Origin: Candidatus Dormiibacterota bacterium
GTDB lineage: Bacteria > Chloroflexota > Dormibacteria > Dormibacterales > Dormibacteraceae
DNA length: 64,000 nt
Assembly (NCBI GenBank): GCA_046727275.1
Contig: JBKPCH010000031.1
Span: forward strand, 244-64,243
Reading direction: 5' to 3'
The notes beneath the pieces are model-generated. The model saw only the letters and a program-made list of their open reading frames with translations. It made no database searches and was not told where the DNA came from. Each line of letters begins with the position of its first letter. Positions within the stretch are counted from its first letter, which is position 1. Shown one piece after another: positions 8,585 to 18,585 of the stretch. The translations under genes and the position numbers were made by a program.

Positions 8585-11368
8585 TCAGAAGCTCGTGGCG
8601 GTCACGGAGGGGATCGGTAGGCTCAGTGCGGCCAGGTCGGCGTGCCCTTCGGCGGCGCGGTCGGGGAGCAGCAGCAGGGTGCAGGCGCGTTCGAGGCGCG
8701 CGCCGATGCGTTCCCATCCGGCGACGGCGGCAGCGTACGCGGCCGGCCTCCGATTCAGTCGGCCGGTGGCGCGAGCCAGGCAGGCCGCAGCCCAGTCGTT
8801 CTCCTCAGCCGCACCGGCTGCGGCCGCGAGGCGGTCGGCGGCGTCGGGCAAACCCGCGACGACGGCAAGCTCGGCACCGGCAGCCCGGGCGTACGGGGCC
8901 GCCCAGGTGTCGGGGAACTCACCGAAGGCGTGGTCGACGAGCGTCGCCGCGTCGGCGACCTCGCCGATGTGGATGGCGGCGCGGGCGTCGAGGAATGCCA
9001 GCGCGCCGATCCGCGGTGCCTGGCCGCGGTCCACGAGGCCAGCGACCTCGAGCACGCGCGCGCGCCAGAGGGCGAAGCCCCGCCGGTCACCGAGGAATTG
9101 GTGTGCGAGCGCCGTGATGGCCACAGCCGGAATCATCCATCCGCTCCGCGAGCGGCCGCCCTGCAGCCAGCCGTCCCACATCCGGGTGGCGTATCGCAGC
9201 GCGGCATCGAGGTCCCCGGTCAGGACGAGCGGCGGGATCTGCATGCTCGTCGCGATGTACGAGTGGCTGCCGAGCAGGTCGTCGGAGGGGAGCCGCCGGG
9301 CAGCTGACAGTGCCGCCGGCAGGTCGCCGGCGTCCAGCGCCGCGGTGCATGCGGCAATGAAAGCGTCTTGGATCTCTGCCGCAACGTGCGGATCGTTCTG
9401 ATCCATCCCGCTCAGCAACGCCAGCCGTTCCCGGATGACCTGCCGCTCCTCGCGGAGTCGTCCGGCTCGGTGCAGGGCGAAGCCGACCGCGTCGAGAGCG
9501 GCGCTGGTCAGCACAGGATCGCCGGTGTTGCGGGCAGCCGCCACGGCGATCCGCGCTGCGGCCGACATGGCCTCGGGGTCGGCGATCCAGGCCTCCGCGA
9601 TCGCCAGATCGGCGGCCACCACCGGGTCGCGGGGATCACCGGCCGCAGCCGCCTCGTCGAGTAACCGGCGCGGCTGCTCGGAGGTGACCTCCGGGGTGGC
9701 GCCCCTGACCACCTGGTACCGGCCGGCGGTCTCCGCCGCACGGGACAGCGCAATCGCGCGGGCATTGCCGTCGCCGGCCGCGCCGGCGCGCTCCGCCGAG
9801 GCGAGGAGCAACTGGACGGTGTCCGGCCCCGAGCCGGTGCTGACGAACGTGCACTCGGCTGCGCTCCGCAGGTCGCGGGCCGCCTCGGCGGCGGTCGGAG
9901 CCAGCTCGGCGGCCTTCCGGAAGTGGTCCACCGACTCCTGCAGGAACCGCCGTGCGAACGTCAGGCGGCCGAGAGACCGCGCGAGCTGATGTGAGGCGGC
10001 GCCGGGCCCGGGCAGGGCGACAGAAAGCGCCGCCCGCAGGTCGCCAGCCACCGAGTCGAACTCGCCGTAGCGCTCTCCGGACTGGGCGTATCCGGGCGTG
10101 CTCTCCAGGCGGGTCGCGGTCGCCGCGGCCCAGCGCAGGTGCCGGTCCTGGACGTCGTCCCGTTCTCCACTGGCATCGAGCTCATACGCGGCGAAGGCCC
10201 TGATGGTGTCCAGCAACCGCCAGCGGCCGTCGCCTTGTTCGCGGATCACGAGGCTCTTGTCAGCCAGCCGGCCGAGCACGTCGGCGACGGCAGGGCGGTC
10301 ACCGGCGTGCACTAGCGCAACGGCATCCAGGTCGAAGCTGCCGGCGAAGACAGCGAGCCGTCGGAAGAGGGCCTGTGCCTCGTCGTCCAGCAGCTCGTAG
10401 CTCCACTCGAGCACGGCCCGCAGGGAGTGATGACGGTCGTCCAGGCCCCGGCGGCCCGTGAGCAGCCGCAGATGGTCCTCGACGGCCGCGAGCAGGCCGG
10501 CGGCTCCCAACGCGGCACCGCGGGCGGCGGCCAGCTCGATCGCCAGCGGCAGCCCGTCGAGCCTGGCGCAGAGTTCCGCCACGATCGACGGGTCGGCATC
10601 GAAGCCGGGATGGACCTCCGCCACGCGGTCCAGAAACAGCGCCACGGCGTCGGTAGCCAGGGGGAACGGCTCGATCGGCACCAGCCGCTCACCGGCCACG
10701 CCGAGTCGCTCCCGGCTGGTTGTGAGCACCCGCGCATGGGGGCAACGGGACAGCAGTCGGGTGATGAGCCCGGTCACTTGCCCCAGCAGGTGCTCACAGT
10801 TGTCCAGGACCAGCAGCACCCGGCCGCGACCGATTCGCTCGGCGATCGCGCTCTCCAGGGGCTGCTGAGGGCCTTCAACCACGCCAAGCGTCGCCGCGAC
10901 CGCCTGCGCCACGAAGCCGTTGCGCACCGGGACGAGATCGACGAAGAGTACACCGGACGGGAACGCCGACGCGGCCTCCTCTGCCACCACCGCAGCCAGC
11001 CGGGTCTTGCCTACGCCGCCCGGACCCACCAGCGTGACCAGCCGCGCATCAGCGATGGAGGCGTGGATGGCATCGCGTTCCCGCTCGCGTCCGATGAACG
11101 CGGTCCAGGCGGCCGGTACCCCGATGACCCCGGCCAGCGCCGGCGGCTCGGCCCTCGCGCGGTCGACAAGGCCCCACCGGTCACCGACGTCGAACTTCCG
11201 CAGGAGAGACGACACGTGGCTCTCGACGGTGCGGACCGAGATGTGCAGCTTCGCGGCGATCTCTGCGTTTGACAGCCGCTGGCAGACCGCGTCGAGCACC
11301 TCGGCTTCCCGCGGCGAAATCTCCACGGGTTCGGTCCTCTCCGTCCCATCTTGCACGATGTCGAGCAT
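8585..11368 (-). CDS. LuxR-family regulator with N-terminal HTH, central P-loop STAND/AAA ATPase and C-terminal helical repeats
   Basis: HTH: ISPREAEVLDAVCQRLSNAEIAAKLHISVRTVESHVSSLLRKF. Walker A: LVGPGGVGKTRLA. Walker B-like: VLLVLDNCEHL. A long Ala/Leu-rich helical C-terminus follows. I chose the start at the internal ATG (11368); the ORF-track maximum is 11518. Confidence 0.8.
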   Translation of the reverse strand: MLDIVQDGTERTEPVEISPREAEVLDAVCQRLSNAEIAAKLHISVRTVESHVSSLLRKFDVGDRWGLVDRARAEPPALAGVIGVPAAWTAFIGRERERDAIHASIADARLVTLVGPGGVGKTRLAAVVAEEAASAFPSGVLFVDLVPVRNGFVAQAVAATLGVVEGPQQPLESAIAERIGRGRVLLVLDNCEHLLGQVTGLITRLLSRCPHARVLTTSRERLGVAGERLVPIEPFPLATDAVALFLDRVAEVHPGFDADPSIVAELCARLDGLPLAIELAAARGAALGAAGLLAAVEDHLRLLTGRRGLDDRHHSLRAVLEWSYELLDDEAQALFRRLAVFAGSFDLDAVALVHAGDRPAVADVLGRLADKSLVIREQGDGRWRLLDTIRAFAAYELDASGERDDVQDRHLRWAAATATRLESTPGYAQSGERYGEFDSVAGDLRAALSVALPGPGAASHQLARSLGRLTFARRFLQESVDHFRKAAELAPTAAEAARDLRSAAECTFVSTGSGPDTVQLLLASAERAGAAGDGNARAIALSRAAETAGRYQVVRGATPEVTSEQPRRLLDEAAAAGDPRDPVVAADLAIAEAWIADPEAMSAAARIAVAAARNTGDPVLTSAALDAVGFALHRAGRLREERQVIRERLALLSGMDQNDPHVAAEIQDAFIAACTAALDAGDLPAALSAARRLPSDDLLGSHSYIATSMQIPPLVLTGDLDAALRYATRMWDGWLQGGRSRSGWMIPAVAITALAHQFLGDRRGFALWRARVLEVAGLVDRGQAPRIGALAFLDARAAIHIGEVADAATLVDHAFGEFPDTWAAPYARAAGAELAVVAGLPDAADRLAAAAGAAEENDWAAACLARATGRLNRRPAAYAAAVAGWERIGARLERACTLLLLPDRAAEGHADLAALSLPIPSVTATSF

Positions 11369-11486
11369 ACCCGCGGGAGGACGTTTTCTGTGGCGACTCC
11401 GTACCAGAATCGGTGGCGGCACGGATTCGCCCCAGCCCTGGCGCGGCGCACGCTGTCCATGATCAACACATCCACGGGAGGTTGGA

Positions 11487-11999
11487 ATGAGCAATGAGCT
11501 GACGTTCAGAACGGCCACCGCAAGGTCCGCGCGGGAGCCGACAGAGATGTCCGGGCGAGACGCCCACGTGAGAACGAGGACGAACTACTGGGCGATCCTC
11601 GTCGCCGCTGCGGCAGCCCTGCTTGCCAGCTCCGTCTGGTACACGCTGTTCGGCCCCGCGTGGCTGGCGCTGCGTGGTATGGACGCGAGCACCCACGTCA
11701 CGCCACAGGCCTGGGAGATCGCCGGCCAGCTGCTCCGGAACCTTGTCGTCGCTCTTGCACTGGCGACGCTCTTGAAGCGTCTCGGCGTGACCACCCGGGT
11801 CGGCGCGCTGCGACTGGGAGCCCTGGTGTGGGTGGGATTCCAGGCCATGGCCATCGTAGGCGGTGTTCTTCACGAGAACTACCCACCGGGGCTCTACGCG
11901 ATTCACGCTGGTGATGCGTTGATGACGACGCTCATCATGACGTTCATCATCGGTGGCTGGCGGCGTGAAGAGCGCATCGAGGAGGGCGTCCAGCCATGA
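11487..11999 (+). CDS. DUF1761-family membrane protein
   Basis: YWAILVAAAAALLASSVWYTLFGPAWLALRG plus further helices. The true start may be the internal ATG at 11547. Confidence 0.65.
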   Translation: MSNELTFRTATARSAREPTEMSGRDAHVRTRTNYWAILVAAAAALLASSVWYTLFGPAWLALRGMDASTHVTPQAWEIAGQLLRNLVVALALATLLKRLGVTTRVGALRLGALVWVGFQAMAIVGGVLHENYPPGLYAIHAGDALMTTLIMTFIIGGWRREERIEEGVQP

Positions 12000-12900
12000 C
12001 GACCACCCAAGCCGACGCATCCGGAAAGGAGGCGAACATCATGCGTTCAACGGACCACAAGCTCGAAACGCTGGCCCATGGCGGCGCCTTCTTCGAGAGC
12101 CCGCGCTGGCACGAGGGCCGCTTGTGGGTCTCGGACTTCTGGACCTTCCAGGTCCTCGCTGTCTCGCCGGACGGCACGACCGAGGCGGTGGCTGAGGTGC
12201 CCGGCTCGCCTTCGGGCCTGGGCTGGTTGCCTGACGGCACCTTGCTGGTGGTGTCCATGCGGGAGCGGAGGCTGTTGCGGGTGGACGGCGGGGCGACTGT
12301 GCTGCACGCCGACCTGTCCGCGTACGCAGGTCCAGAGTGCAACGACATGGTGGTGGACACGGCCGGACGCGCCTATGTCGGCACGATCGACTTCATGGCC
12401 TTCGCCGACATGCCAGTCACCAACCTCGTCCGGGTGGACCCGGACGGCTCAGCCACGGTTGCCGCCGACGGTCTGTCGTTCCCCAACGGCTCGGTGATCA
12501 CGCCCGACGGGTCGAGCCTGATCGTCGCCGAATCGTGGGCCCAGCGACTCACGGCCTTCGACCTCCAGCCAGATGGCTCGCTGGCCAACCGGCGCGTCTG
12601 GGCGGAGCTCGGGGCCGGCTGCGCCCCGGACGGGATCGCCCTGGACGCCGAGGGGGCGGTTTGGGTGGCCGACGCCGGCAGCAAGCGTGCAATCCGGGTG
12701 CGCGAGGGCGGCGGCATCCTCGATGAGATCAGCGCAGCCGGGCTGGACGTCATCGCCTGTGCCCTGGGCGGCGACGACGGTCGTACGCTGTTCCTCTGCA
12801 CGACGCCGGACTTCCGGCTCATGCCGGACGAGGCGGCCAGGACCGGCCAGCGCGCATCCTCACCTGCCGCGTGGACGTACCACACGCGGGCTTGCCGTGA
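11996..12900 (+). CDS. SMP-30/gluconolactonase/LRE-family protein, apparently frameshifted near 12850
   Basis: Beta-propeller signatures are FESPRWHEGRLWVSDF, GLGWLPDGTLLV, NDMVVDTAGRAYVG, FPNGSVITPDGSSLIVAES and PDGIALDAEGAVWVA. The family-typical end RILTCRVDVPHAGLP* is only read in the +1 frame, with its stop at 12898-12900. The annotated frame instead runs on to 13522. An alternative start at ATG 12041 is preceded by AAGGAGG. Confidence 0.7.
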
Positions 12901-14036
12901 CATCGTCGGAGGGCGAGGCGAGCCTCGCCCTCCGACCCACCTCGTCCATGCAGTGCACGCTCACGCCGCCGCTGGGGACGTGGTGCCCCCGATCCGGCCG
13001 GTCTGCTGCCGGGAGCCTGAGCACTACCGGACCTCCGACGTCGAGCAGGTGCGCAGGGTCATCGAAGCTGCAATGGAGTGGCACAGGAGCCTCGGGATGG
13101 CCGTGTACGAGGGTGTTGGCGAGGACGAGAGTTGCTCTGGGGTATCGACGGGCCGAGCGCGACCGACTGCGAATACTTCACGCGGGAGGGAAGCCCGATG
13201 CGCCACGTTGTCCGCATCTGGCAGCGGGGCCAGACGTCGTGGATCGAGCCAGGCTCCTGGACCGGCATGGGCCCACCGCGACAGACGACCGCTGGCGACG
13301 ATGCCCACCTTCATCGACCTGAACGAGGCCATCGACCACCTGGGCGAGCTGTCCGGGAAGTGCGAGCTGCTACTGCACTGGGCGGACCGGCTGCCGATGC
13401 ACGTCGTCCTCGGCGACGTCATGGATGCGTTCTCGGTGCCGTGGGTGCCCGCGAAGCCACGGCTGCCGCGCCCGGCCCCGTCGGGTACGCCTGGGCCTGA
13501 CGCCCAGCTGAGTTGCCGCTGAGTCTCGCCCCGGCCCACCAAGTGCTCTCGTCCGTGCGCTTGGTCGAGCCGGTCATGCCCGACGCGCCGGCCCGTCCAG
13601 CGCCGCACTTTCATCACGGTGGCCATCCCGTCGCTCCCCGGTACGGCAGCCAGGCTCCACCAGGTCGATCGGGCCGGGCGGTGAGGCTCCCTGACACTTG
13701 GGCAGTCCGGGGTCTCCAGCAGCTCGCCAAGCACCGCTCTGCCGCCGGCGCAGCGCCTCGCGGCGCTGCGCCCGCGAGCCAGTTCGTTGGACCGCCTGTG
13801 GCGCAGGATCGACCTCCTGCTGACCGCAATGGACGGCACCTGGCGGCACCTGGGCATGCGAGGTGAGCTGCCGGAGTAGCTGTGCCGCGCCGGCTGCGCC
13901 GGCCAGCAGAACTACGTCGGCGTCGGCTACTGCTGGCACATCTCCGACCTTGCGCCGCACCGCCTGCAAGCGCAAGGCGGAGCTGAGCCGACGGCGAGCA
14001 GGCCGGCCGCGGCTCGCACGTCGGCCTCGCGCCCGA

Positions 14037-15641
14037 TCAGTGACGTCGGGGAGCAGGGAGCGCACTCCGGTCCACACAGGGAAGTGTCACACCTCCTGGC
14101 CGCTCCAGACGTTTCCCTCCGCCTGCCGGGAAACCGCCTGGAAGCAAGTCATCTGCGGTCGCCCCGGCGTCCGCGCTCCGCAGGACCCGACCCGCGACGT
14201 GCTCCCACACTTCATACCAGTAGACCAGGCTCGTGTGCCAGAGGCTGTAGCGCAGCAGCCGGCGCACCCGTCGGTCTCCCGTCGTCGCCAGGCGCAGGAG
14301 CCGTTTCGGATGCAGATGGTAGACAAGCTCCACCAGCTTGACGCCGGCAAAGAGCTGCGTCGGCGTGAGACGCCGCACGCCCAGCACCTGATGCCGATAG
14401 TCCCACTTCCACGTGTCCCGCTCGACCACCTCGCCCGCCTGCAACTGCTGTCGACCCAGCTGTGTCCAGGCGTGCGGCGTGATATAGAGCGCGTTCACGA
14501 AGTCGCCGTCGTAGTGTTGCAGGCCCCGCAGACCTCGCCAGAGCGTGCCCAGTGTCTCCTCCTCGAGTCCGAAGATGTAATCGACTATCGAGAGGATGCT
14601 GTGTTCACGCAAGAGTCGAACGGCGCGATAGGCGTCGTCTACGCTGGAACCTTTGTGAACCTTGTTGAGCGTGTCATCCGTCACTGTCTCCACGCCCATC
14701 AGGATGTAGACGAATCCGGCCCGGTTGTACAGATGCAGGATATCCGCGTCGCGCACGATGTCCTGCGCGCGCAGCGAGCCGCAGAGCGCGACCGGGAGGT
14801 TGCGGCGAGCGATCTCCTCGAGCAGATCCTGCCACACATCCTCGAGTGTCGTTGGATTCTCGTCGGCCAACCAGAAGAAGTGCACGCCGTGCTCCTCGTG
14901 CAGCATCGCCAGCTCATCCGCGAAGCGCTGTACGTCGCGATGGCGCCACCGCCGCCAGAACATCCACTGACCGCAGTAGGTGCACGTATGTGGGCATCCG
15001 CGTGAGAACTGGACGACTGCCGCTCGACCCAGTCCGAACGCCTGATATGCGTCCCAGTCATCGATAAGCTCCCAGCCCACGCGAAAGGTGTCGAGATCGC
15101 CGATCGGCGCGCGTAAGCCGTTCGCCACCACGTCCCCGCCGTGACGCCAGGCGATCCCCGCCACGCCCTCCAGATTGCGATCTGGAATGGGCCTCCCAGA
15201 CCCACCGTCCACAGCCCGGGCCGCGGCCAGTGCGGCAACCAGTTCAACGACCGTCACCTCGCCTTCGCCGCGCACGACAACATCGACCTCGGGGCTATCG
15301 GTCAGGATGGCCCGATGGTGGTAGGTAGGGTGGACGCCGCCGTACACCGTCACCACATCCGGCAAGGCGGTCTTGATGGCGCGTTGTACTCGCAGGCAGC
15401 TGGGATGGGCCGAGGTAGATCCCACGTGCGCGATCATCATGACCTCGGCGCCAAACGCAGCGACCCGGCGTACGATTTCCGCATCGCTCAGATGGCCGCG
15501 AGCGGCGTCGATCAGTGTCACCTCATGGCCGGCATCCAGCAACGGGCCGCCAATCATGAGCAGTCCGAGCGGCATCTGGTGCCCTACGCCGTAGTCGCAG
15601 ACGGCGGATTTCAAGGGGCCGTTGACGAGAGCTATGCGCAT
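14037..15641 (-). CDS. B12-binding-domain radical SAM protein
   Basis: From MRIALVNG there is an N-terminal cobalamin-binding-like Rossmann region (LLMIGGPLLDAGHEVTLIDA). The radical SAM cluster motif is FSRGCPHTCTYCGQW (CxxxCxxC). Start trimmed from 15842. Confidence 0.85.
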   Translation of the reverse strand: MRIALVNGPLKSAVCDYGVGHQMPLGLLMIGGPLLDAGHEVTLIDAARGHLSDAEIVRRVAAFGAEVMMIAHVGSTSAHPSCLRVQRAIKTALPDVVTVYGGVHPTYHHRAILTDSPEVDVVVRGEGEVTVVELVAALAAARAVDGGSGRPIPDRNLEGVAGIAWRHGGDVVANGLRAPIGDLDTFRVGWELIDDWDAYQAFGLGRAAVVQFSRGCPHTCTYCGQWMFWRRWRHRDVQRFADELAMLHEEHGVHFFWLADENPTTLEDVWQDLLEEIARRNLPVALCGSLRAQDIVRDADILHLYNRAGFVYILMGVETVTDDTLNKVHKGSSVDDAYRAVRLLREHSILSIVDYIFGLEEETLGTLWRGLRGLQHYDGDFVNALYITPHAWTQLGRQQLQAGEVVERDTWKWDYRHQVLGVRRLTPTQLFAGVKLVELVYHLHPKRLLRLATTGDRRVRRLLRYSLWHTSLVYWYEVWEHVAGRVLRSADAGATADDLLPGGFPAGGGKRLERPGGVTLPCVDRSALPAPRRH

Positions 15642-15675
15642 GATGCGCGGCAGGGGCCGGAGGGCTCGATGGAGC

Positions 15676-16293
15676 TCATGGCTTCGCCTCCTCTGAGGGA
15701 AACATGGGTTCGAACGCTGCCGCGAGGCGCCTGGCTTCCCGGAAGAACTGCGTCGCGTCACCGCCGTTCGGGCGCAGGTGGTCCAGAAGGTCGACCCCGA
15801 GGTAGAGGGAGAGGACGGCCTGAGCCGCGACCCGCGGCTCAATCAGGCCGGCGAAGGGCGTCTCTCGCAGGAAGTCATGGATCAGGCTGGCCGTGAGGTC
15901 GACCCAGGGCTCCATTCGCCGGATCAGTTCGGGTCCCAGCGCGGGCGCGGCCAGCGAAGCCGCGAACAGCTCGGTCAGCACCCGGGAGTGGCCGCTGGCC
16001 TGGTCCTCCTCGTGCAGCTTGGCCATGGCATCGACGAGCTGGGTCGGAGTGCGGGCACCGCGCAACGCCTCCTCATAGCGCTCTCGGCGGCGTTCTGCGC
16101 TCGCGTCGATGGCTGCCAGCAGCAGTTCGGTGACGCCACCGAAGTGGTAGAAGACGAGCGCCTGATTCACACCCGCTCGCCTGGCGATCCTGCGGGCGCT
16201 GGTTCGCGCGAACCCCTCGGCACACAGGGTCTCGAAGCCGGCCGCGACGAGGCGCTCGCGCGTCGAAGGCTGTTGAGCAACCGGTTTAAGCAA
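15676..16293 (-). CDS. TetR/AcrR-family transcriptional regulator
   Basis: HTH: FARTSARRIARRAGVNQALVFYHFGG. All-helical C-terminal domain. Confidence 0.85.
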   Translation of the reverse strand: MLKPVAQQPSTRERLVAAGFETLCAEGFARTSARRIARRAGVNQALVFYHFGGVTELLLAAIDASAERRRERYEEALRGARTPTQLVDAMAKLHEEDQASGHSRVLTELFAASLAAPALGPELIRRMEPWVDLTASLIHDFLRETPFAGLIEPRVAAQAVLSLYLGVDLLDHLRPNGGDATQFFREARRLAAAFEPMFPSEEAKP

Positions 16294-16321
16294 CTGCTCA
16301 ACCGTAGCACGTATCGGCCTC

Positions 16322-16760
16322 TCAGGCCACGTCCGGGGTCGCCGGCCCCCACGTGCGTCCGCCGTCCTGCGTCGGCAGCAGCGGGCGGCACGCGGACGTG
16401 TCGGCTCGGGTCCTGTCCTGGGCGCAGCTCGGGTCGAACGCGATTGCGAGCCCGACTGTGGTCGAGATGATCTGCACGTCCATCAGGGCGAGAGTCAGGG
16501 CCGTCGCCTGGACGTGACCCAGTGGCGGCCCGCGTCGGCGGTCGCCACCAGCGTGCGCCCGCCGACGAGCCACCACCGCTGGCCGTCCAGTACATCCACC
16601 GTCGGCACCGGCCCCCCGAAATACGCAGGACCGTTGCGGTCCACGTGCGCCCACCGTCCCGGCTCGACAGGAAGGTGGCCCGGAAGGATGCGCCCAGGGA
16701 GCCGGCCACCACGGGCTCCAGCAGGTCGCTGCCGGCCACCAGCTGGAGGCGAGCGGGCAG
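16322..16760 (-). pseudogene. BNR/Ycf48-like repeat protein remnant with at least two frameshifts
   Basis: Three SxDxGxTW-type motifs are spread over three minus-strand frames: SRDGGRTW, TADAGRHW and TQDGGRTW. The flanking propeller-like text is DVLDGQRWWLVGGRTLVA and IISTTVGLAIAFD. Confidence 0.5.
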
Positions 16761-16763
16761 GAC

Positions 16764-17600
16764 GAGGTCTCCCGGCGTGGCCGGTGCCGTCAGCTCGTCC
16801 TGGCGCAGCCACAGGGCACGGATCTTGTCGTTGAGCGCTTCCACCCGGGGACCGCAGACGGTTTCGCTCATCGTCCCTGACTCGGGCGCCTGGAGGTAGC
16901 GGTCGATGGCGGCACCGCGTTCAGCTCCTCCTGGTAGCGGGGCCCGGGCGGCATCGACGCGAGCCAGGAACTCCCGGACGGCATCGTCCAGACGCGCTGG
17001 TTCTCACGTCTCCGCCAGGCCGGCCAGGACCGCCCGGTCCAGCTCCTCGGCGTCCACACGCGGGCTGCGGCAGCCCGAAGGGCCGTACCGATGCCGGCGG
17101 TAGCACGTGTAGTAGCGGTAGCGCTGTGAGCGGCCGGTGGCGGCGGTGCCAAGGTAGCGGTGGCCGCACGAGTGGCAGACGAGGAGCCCGCCCAGCAGGT
17201 ACTCGGTGCTGTTGGTGGCCCGGCGGGCGTGGCTCACGCCGCGCTCCTCAAGGAGCGCCTGGGTGGCCTCGAACAGCTCAGGCGCGACCAGGCGGGGATG
17301 GGGCGCCGGGTGCCAGTTGTCGCGGAAGTAGACCTCGCCAATGTAGACGCGGTTCCGGAGGATGGTGAGCACCGAGCGGAAGCTCCACAGGCCGCCGCGC
17401 CGAGTGCGATGTCCGCGCTCGTTGAGCCAGTTGGCGATGGCGCGGGACCCCAGGCGCTTGTTGGCGTAGAGGTCGAACATGATCGGGACCAGCTCGGCCT
17501 CGCCCGGCTCGACCTCCAGGAGGCCGGTCTCGCGGTTGACTGCAACGCCCTCGATGCCAGCGGGCAGGTCTTTCCTTCGGGCGGGCTCTGCGTGCCGGGG
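16764..17600 (-). pseudogene. large serine recombinase remnant: catalytic domain missing, in-frame stop, frameshift
   Basis: Recombinase and zinc-ribbon region: LYANKRLGSRAIANWLNERGHRTRRGGLWSFRSVLTILRNRVYIGEVYF ... LLVCHSCGHRYLG...YYTCYRR. TGA at 17004-17006 interrupts a frame that continues as EPARLDDAVREFLARVD...AIDRYLQAPESGTMSETVCGPRVEALNDKIRALWLRQDEL. No resolvase N-terminal domain is seen upstream. Confidence 0.6.
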
Positions 17601-17911
17601 AGCAGCAACGTCGCACCGACCTCCAACACGAATCCGGCCGACGTCTTTGCCAAGACGCTGACGCCGTAACGAAACCAGGCGCGAGGGCGGGCGGATCGGC
17701 CCGCCCTCGGCCTACAGACCGACCGAGCATCGTGCTGGCCCTTCAGTTGGGGCAAGCCAGGGTCGACGGCAGCAAGGATGCCGCCCCCATATGAGCGCCT
17801 GGTGTCAATGGTCGGCGCGCCATCGGACCGAAGCGCCTGCCCCCCCGGGGGCCTCCAGCCTCTGGAGAACGCACGGCCGGAAGCGGAGGCTGGACGCTGG
17901 AAGAGATCAGC

Positions 17912-18211
17912 ATGTCGATGCTCGTCGCGTACGCGAGCCTGGCGACCGTGCTGGCCTTCACCCAGTCGATGCCAGTGATCGTCCTCCTGTGGCTCCCGGA
18001 CATGGTCTGCTACCTGCTCCGCCTCGACCCGAGGCGGTACGCCCGCCTGGTTCCCCTCTATGGGACGGCCGCCGTCACGTGGAGCGCCGCGCTGTCAGCC
18101 ACCGGCATCGCAGCCGCGGAGCGCATGCCGTGGTGGCGGTCGCTCGCGGTGGTCGTCGCGTCCGAGGTCGTGAGTGTCGTGGGCAGCGGCAGGGCCCTGC
18201 TCATCCGCTGA
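17912..18211 (+). CDS. hypothetical small membrane protein
   Basis: 99-aa ORF with three hydrophobic segments (VAYASLATVLAFTQSMPVIVLLWL, LVPLYGTAAVTWSAALSATGIAA, WWRSLAVVVASEVVSVVG). Confidence 0.35.
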   Translation: MSMLVAYASLATVLAFTQSMPVIVLLWLPDMVCYLLRLDPRRYARLVPLYGTAAVTWSAALSATGIAAAERMPWWRSLAVVVASEVVSVVGSGRALLIR

Positions 18212-18585
18212 GGAGCACCCGGCTGACGCCGAGGTGCGGTCGGAGAGAGGGCCTGGCCGGGCTGACGCTGCCCAGCTGGGGGCCGCTGCTGGGGCTGGAC
18301 GCCGCGGCAGCATGGCTCGCGGACTACCGGCTGCCGCGCCGTCTCTACCCGCTCTGGCGCGGCGTCTGCGCGGCCGCCCCCGGCGCCGCCCTGGTCCCGC
18401 CGGCGGGCCGGCTCGCCGACACGCTGGACGTGCGGGACGTCCGCTGCCGCCTCTACCGGCGGGTGGTGGAGATCCTGCGACGGCCTGCGCAGTGCTGGGC
18501 GGGGCTGGGACGAGGCCCGGCTTCCCGCCCCCGAGGGCCCCGTCGACCTCCAGGCGGAGGCGCGGGGCCCTGGCGTGCGCGCGGC

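Noticed and set aside
13024-14077. ORFs 13024-13857 (-), 13574-14077 (-), 13513-13866 (+), and a possible 73-aa ORF at 13301-13522 (+) starting MPTFIDLNEAIDHLGELSG.
   Set aside because: No family signal was seen. The 13301-13522 peptide looks protein-like, but it lies in the read-through frame of the frameshifted SMP-30 gene and has no visible ribosome-binding site. That is not enough support.
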